Shown here: positions 28,496 to 32,000 of the stretch, piece after piece
Numbering within the stretch: position 1 is the first letter of the stretch
How the letters are laid out: the number at the start of each line of letters is the position of its first letter
Assembly (NCBI RefSeq): GCF_001457595.1
Contig: NZ_LN831039.1
Span: forward strand, 2,490,001-2,522,000
DNA: 32,000 nt
Direction of reading: 5' to 3'
DNA from: Mycolicibacterium smegmatis
Lineage (GTDB): Bacteria > Actinomycetota > Actinomycetes > Mycobacteriales > Mycobacteriaceae
Program-made: the position numbers and the translations under genes
Notes under the pieces: model-generated
Told to the model about the DNA's origin: nothing
The model's database searches: none
What the model saw: only the letters and a program-made list of their open reading frames with translations

Positions 28496-29167
28496 TCAGG
28501 TCGGAACCGGGAACTGGCCGGCGAACATCTTCATCGTCGTCGCCGCGTACTGCTCGAGCCGCTCGCGCGTGTAGGTCTCGGGATCGTGCACGGCGAGCCG
28601 GCCAAGCATCTCGGCGAACGACAGCATCGTGTGGCCGATCAGTTCGGGGTCCAGGTTGGTCAGCCGGGGATCCAGTTCGATGCCTGCGCGCGCGAAAGAC
28701 TCGGCCAGCGCGACGATCTGCGAACGCGCGTGGCGTACCGCGGCCCGGTACTCGCGCGGAGCGCTGTCGGGGACGGTCAGAATGAGACGCCACCGGGTCG
28801 GGTTCTCCAGGACAGACTGGAGAAACGCTGACACGGTGGCGGTGTAGGCCTCGGTGGGACCGGCGACGATGAGATCGTTGGGCAGCGCCGCACGAACCTG
28901 GTCGAGTCCCCGTTTGTGCTCGCGGGTGAGCAGTGCGGTGACCAGTTCCGCGCGCGTGCGGTACGCGGTGTAGAGGACCGGTTTGCCCACGCCCGCGGCC
29001 TCGGCGACGGCCTCCATGCTCAGTTCGTGCAATGGGCAGTCGGCCAGCACGGTGAGTGCCGCGTCGAGCAGTTGCTGGCGCCTTTGCTCTCGCGGCAGCC
29101 GCGGTGCGTATCGTCGGCGCTGGCGTTCAGGCACTCGGACAATGGTACGTGATGTGGGTCCGGTCAC
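28496..29167 (-). CDS. TetR-family transcriptional regulator
   Basis: The N-terminal HTH is LHELSMEAVAEAAGVGKPVLYTAYRTRAELVTALL. GTG start at 29167. It lies 84 nt downstream of lppZ on the same strand. Confidence 0.85.
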   Translation of the reverse strand: MTGPTSRTIVRVPERQRRRYAPRLPREQRRQQLLDAALTVLADCPLHELSMEAVAEAAGVGKPVLYTAYRTRAELVTALLTREHKRGLDQVRAALPNDLIVAGPTEAYTATVSAFLQSVLENPTRWRLILTVPDSAPREYRAAVRHARSQIVALAESFARAGIELDPRLTNLDPELIGHTMLSFAEMLGRLAVHDPETYTRERLEQYAATTMKMFAGQFPVPT

Positions 29168-29251
29168 ATATCCGGCCGCTGGCGCGCACGTACGGCCCCG
29201 ATTCGCCGCTGACGCACAGATATCGAGCGTGACTGCGAAAAGGGTTGTGGC

Positions 29252-30373
29252 TCAGGTCTTGTCGGCATCGCCGCGCGGGAATCCGCCGCCCTGCGGGAAC
29301 AACGGGAACACCACGTCGTCGAGCTTCTCGGCGTCGCCGGCGGTCTTGTTGACCGTCGCGCCCCACACGTTGCCGTCGGGGGACAGCTGCAGTGCCCACA
29401 CGTGACCACGCGTGTTGTCCCGCACCACCTCGGGTTCGCCCGTCACCGCACCGGTGTCGGGTGCCATGTGCACGGCGACGGTCTTCTTGGTGTCGACGAG
29501 GTTCACCAGCACCGTGCCGTCGAGCGCGGCACAGCCCGCCACCCCAGGACGGTCGGGCCAGGTCCACACCGTCGAGATCTTGGAGTCCTTGGTCATCCGC
29601 TGCAGGCGGTCGGCCGTCGGCGTGCGGTCGGTGACGTACAACGACCCGTCGGACGGGTCGATGCACATGCCGCCACCGGCGCCCATGCCCGACATCGCGG
29701 TGGTGATGGGCGCCTGGTTGACCGTGGTGGGCTGCTCGATGCGCAGCACCTTGCCCGCCGGCGAGTTCGGATCGGCCGCCATGGCAGGGTCACCCGCGTC
29801 GCCGGTCTGCACCAACAACGTCGTGGGACTCGTGAAGATCAGCGAGCCCATGTTCCCGGTGGCGCCCTTGGGGATGCCGGTGAGGATCGGCTTGGGCACG
29901 TCGCCGTCGGCGATACGCACGACGCGGTTGTCGGTGGGCGTGCTGATGTAGGCGTACATCAACCGGTCCTGGATGTACGTCGGGGACTTCACGATGTCCA
30001 TCAGGCCGCCGTCACCTGACGGATCGACGGGGATCACGGTCTTGATCTTCGGCTCGGCACGCGTGGCGACCTCTTTGATCGCACCCGTCAACCGCTCGCC
30101 CACCAGCGCGGACTGGCTGTCGGCGCCCATGATCAGGCCACTGGTGCTGTCGAGGCAGCCCTGCATGACACCCGGCGCGGGGCATTCCTTGGGGAACGGA
30201 ACCGCCGGCAGCGGCGGGGGCGGCGGCGGAGTCGTGGTGGGGCCGGGCCGCAGCTCGGGTTCGGTGGTGAACGGCTCCGACTGTGCCGCATCGAACCGGG
30301 CGCACCCCGTGCCGACCAGCATCGCGGCACACAAGACGGCGGCCACCTGTCTCATCCGCCGGAGCGATTTCAT
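29252..30373 (-). CDS. lppZ: Lipoprotein LppZ-like (beta-propeller, glucose/sorbosone-dehydrogenase-like fold)
   Basis: MKSLRRMRQVAAVLCAAMLVGTGCARFD is a signal peptide plus lipobox Cys. A Pro-rich linker TTTPPPPPPLP follows. The 373-aa length and the synteny match Rv3006 as I remember it. The upstream extension was rejected. Confidence 0.72.
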   Translation of the reverse strand: MKSLRRMRQVAAVLCAAMLVGTGCARFDAAQSEPFTTEPELRPGPTTTPPPPPPLPAVPFPKECPAPGVMQGCLDSTSGLIMGADSQSALVGERLTGAIKEVATRAEPKIKTVIPVDPSGDGGLMDIVKSPTYIQDRLMYAYISTPTDNRVVRIADGDVPKPILTGIPKGATGNMGSLIFTSPTTLLVQTGDAGDPAMAADPNSPAGKVLRIEQPTTVNQAPITTAMSGMGAGGGMCIDPSDGSLYVTDRTPTADRLQRMTKDSKISTVWTWPDRPGVAGCAALDGTVLVNLVDTKKTVAVHMAPDTGAVTGEPEVVRDNTRGHVWALQLSPDGNVWGATVNKTAGDAEKLDDVVFPLFPQGGGFPRGDADKT

Positions 30374-30519
30374 GCTCGCCAGATTACGGATCGTCGCGCG
30401 GTGTCCGCCACGCCGGCTGCCGGGCAGGGCGCTCGTGACGCGGAATCTCGCTCCAATACCAGGCGGAAGCGCCGTGGTAAATACCAGGATCCCGAGGAAG
30501 TTGCACTTACCCTGGCAGC

Positions 30520-31362
30520 GTGACCAGTTCCTCGCAGGACCCGTGGCAAAGACCCGATAATCCGGGGACCGGCGATTCCGCCAGGCCCGCCGGGGCAAGT
30601 CTGGTCGATCCTGAAGACGATCTGCCCTCGGCCTCGTACGGTGGCGACTTCGAGACCACCGCCATCCCGCGCTACGACTCCAAGGCGCCCGACCAGTCGG
30701 CGTTCAGCATGGTCAGTGAGCCCGAGCCGCTGCCGTACGTGCAGCCCGGACTGCATGCGCCGATGGGCGCGTACCCGGCCGAGCCGGTCGAGATCGACCG
30801 CAACGACGTCGTCGACGACCAGGTCAGAGCCGCCGGGAGACGAGGCACCCAGGACCTCGGCCTGCTGATCCTGCGCGTGGCCGTCGGTGGGCTGCTCATC
30901 CTGCACGGCCTGCAGAAGGCTTTCGGCTGGTGGGGCGGACCGGGTTTCGACGGGTTCGGCACGTCGCTCGACGACATGGGTTTCAAGTACTCCGGCATCC
31001 TCACCTACGTCGCCACGGGCGGCCAGATCGCGGCAGGCGTGCTGCTGGTGCTGGGACTGTTCACGCCGATCGCCGCGGCAGGCGCGCTGGCCTACGGCAT
31101 CAACGGCCTGCTGGCCGAGGCGATGATCGCCCACGAGCAGGCCAGGCTCTCGGAGTTCTTCCACGACGGCCACCAGTACCGGCTGGTGATCCTCGCCGCG
31201 ACCGCGGCCGTCATCCTGACCGGACCGGGGCGTTACGGCTTCGACGCCGGACGCGGCTGGGCCAGGCGCCCGTTCGTCGGTTCGTTCGTGGCGCTTCTGA
31301 TCGGGATCGGCGCGGGCATCGGCATCTGGGCGCTGCTCAACGGCGGCAACCCGCTGGGCTGA
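30520..31362 (+). CDS. DoxX-family membrane protein (Rv3005c-like)
   Basis: The C-terminal half LGLLILRVAVGGLLILHGLQKAFGWWGG... is a DoxX fold. The long N-terminus is Pro/Asp-rich and likely disordered. GTG at 30520. Confidence 0.8.
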   Translation: MTSSSQDPWQRPDNPGTGDSARPAGASLVDPEDDLPSASYGGDFETTAIPRYDSKAPDQSAFSMVSEPEPLPYVQPGLHAPMGAYPAEPVEIDRNDVVDDQVRAAGRRGTQDLGLLILRVAVGGLLILHGLQKAFGWWGGPGFDGFGTSLDDMGFKYSGILTYVATGGQIAAGVLLVLGLFTPIAAAGALAYGINGLLAEAMIAHEQARLSEFFHDGHQYRLVILAATAAVILTGPGRYGFDAGRGWARRPFVGSFVALLIGIGAGIGIWALLNGGNPLG

Positions 31363-31380
31363 TTCGCCTTTCCGGACCGT

Positions 31381-31401
31381 TACGCGTGATCGTCACGCGT
31401 A
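31381..31401. terminator. Hairpin between convergent doxX and cfp6 (possible bidirectional terminator)
   Basis: TACGCGTGA (31381-31389) / TCACGCGTA (31393-31401) are perfect 9-bp arms with a 3-nt loop. The right arm contains the cfp6 stop codon. There is no clear U-tract. Confidence 0.35.
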
Positions 31402-31734
31402 TGGGTTCGGAACCCGTCCTCCGCTGACCTCCGCGAGCAGCGGCAGCGTGGCGAACGTCACGGCGGGCAGGCGCAGATCCTCGCCGGTGGTGCGCTGCGC
31501 GACGGCCCAGCGGCCGCGCTCGAACCGCAGGCCCTCGATCTCACTCCACGGCACGGTCTGGCTGCCCAGCAGCGACCGCGCCGTCACGGTGTTGTGGTCG
31601 GCTTTGGTTTGGAACCGAATGACGGCCAGCGACAAGCCGATCGGGATGAGCAGCAGCACCCCGAACAACGGCGGATTGGTCAGGATCACGGTCAGCAGGC
31701 CCAGCGTGACCACCGCAACCGCCAGGTGCGCCAT
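31393..31734 (-). CDS. cfp6: Low-molecular-weight antigen CFP-6-like membrane/PH-domain protein (Rv3004-like)
   Basis: MAHLAVAVVTLGLLTVILTNPPLFGVLLLIPIGL...LRLPAVTFATLPLLAEVSGGRVPNPYA, 113 aa. The start was chosen by similarity to the remembered 112-aa Mtb protein; an alternative ATG lies at 31791. Confidence 0.72.
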   Translation of the reverse strand: MAHLAVAVVTLGLLTVILTNPPLFGVLLLIPIGLSLAVIRFQTKADHNTVTARSLLGSQTVPWSEIEGLRFERGRWAVAQRTTGEDLRLPAVTFATLPLLAEVSGGRVPNPYA

Positions 31735-31894
31735 GGGCGATATCCGGATGACGACGGGGTCGGTGGCTGAACGTGCACTCACGGTGTCCATCCTTGCACT
31801 GGCCCGGTACAGCGCAGAAAACGCTCCCAATACCTTGCTCACGGGCCGATCGCAATTTGACCTTTGACCTGTGTGGCAGCTACCGTCAACGCTT

Positions 31895-31966
31895 ATGCAG
31901 ACCCCGGGAGTGCTCGTAGTAATTGGTTGGCGCGTTGATGCCGCGCTGGCCCTCTGCCGGGCATAG
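31895..31966 (+). CDS. Candidate branched-chain-amino-acid leader peptide (23 aa, MQTPGVLVVIGWRVDAALALCRA), presumed ilvB attenuator
   Basis: ATG at 31895 and TAG at 31964-31966. The consecutive codons GTG CTC GTA GTA ATT (Val-Leu-Val-Val-Ile) use GTA and ATT, codons that are otherwise rare in this GC-rich DNA. A TTGACC-N18-TACCGT promoter-like motif (31857-31886) ends 8 nt upstream of the ATG. Confidence 0.45.
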   Translation: MQTPGVLVVIGWRVDAALALCRA

Positions 31967-32000
31967 CACACCAGCATCGACGCGCCACCCTCGTACAGCA

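Overview
This is a GC-rich actinobacterial chromosome segment, coding almost wall to wall on both strands (about 34 genes), with many 4-nt ATGA stop/start overlaps. Gene content and order match, from memory, the mycobacterial core block known in M. tuberculosis H37Rv as Rv3004-Rv3032, read here in reverse. In window order the block contains the MGLP polysaccharide genes (GT4 Rv3032-like, GH57 Rv3031-like, methyltransferase Rv3030-like), etfB/etfA, an OlsB-like GNAT plus a PlsC-type acyltransferase, iscS, mnmA, an Rv3015c-like protein, ligA, an ACT-domain protein, gatC-gatA-pfkA-gatB, lppZ, doxX and cfp6. Four lineage-specific inserts sit between these blocks. (1) A seven-gene aromatic-carotenoid operon, crtI-crtB-crtYc-crtYd-crtU-Rieske oxygenase-DUF2784, behind a SigF-type promoter and a terminator-like leader hairpin. 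(2) An NmrA-like SDR plus nitroreductase pair. (3) A YjbR/MmcQ-like protein translationally coupled to an acyl-CoA ligase. (4) A TetR regulator. The layout is what I would expect of a fast-growing mycobacterium such as M. smegmatis, but that assignment rests on remembered synteny and is unverified. I see no rRNA, tRNA, CRISPR, transposase, integrase, phage or recognisable defence genes, and nothing I can honestly call a wholly new multi-gene system. The most novel-looking items are the uncharacterised Rieske oxygenase/DUF2784 tail of the crt operon, the hairpin between the SigF promoter and crtI, a perfect 26-bp x3 tandem repeat built on the gatB stop codon, and a Val/Leu/Ile-rich leader mini-ORF at the right edge, presumably the ilvB attenuator. 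In the ORF track a leading M can stand for GTG or TTG, and many long ORFs are antisense or upstream-extension artefacts of the high GC content. I trimmed starts using conserved N-termini, RBS motifs and ATGA coupling.
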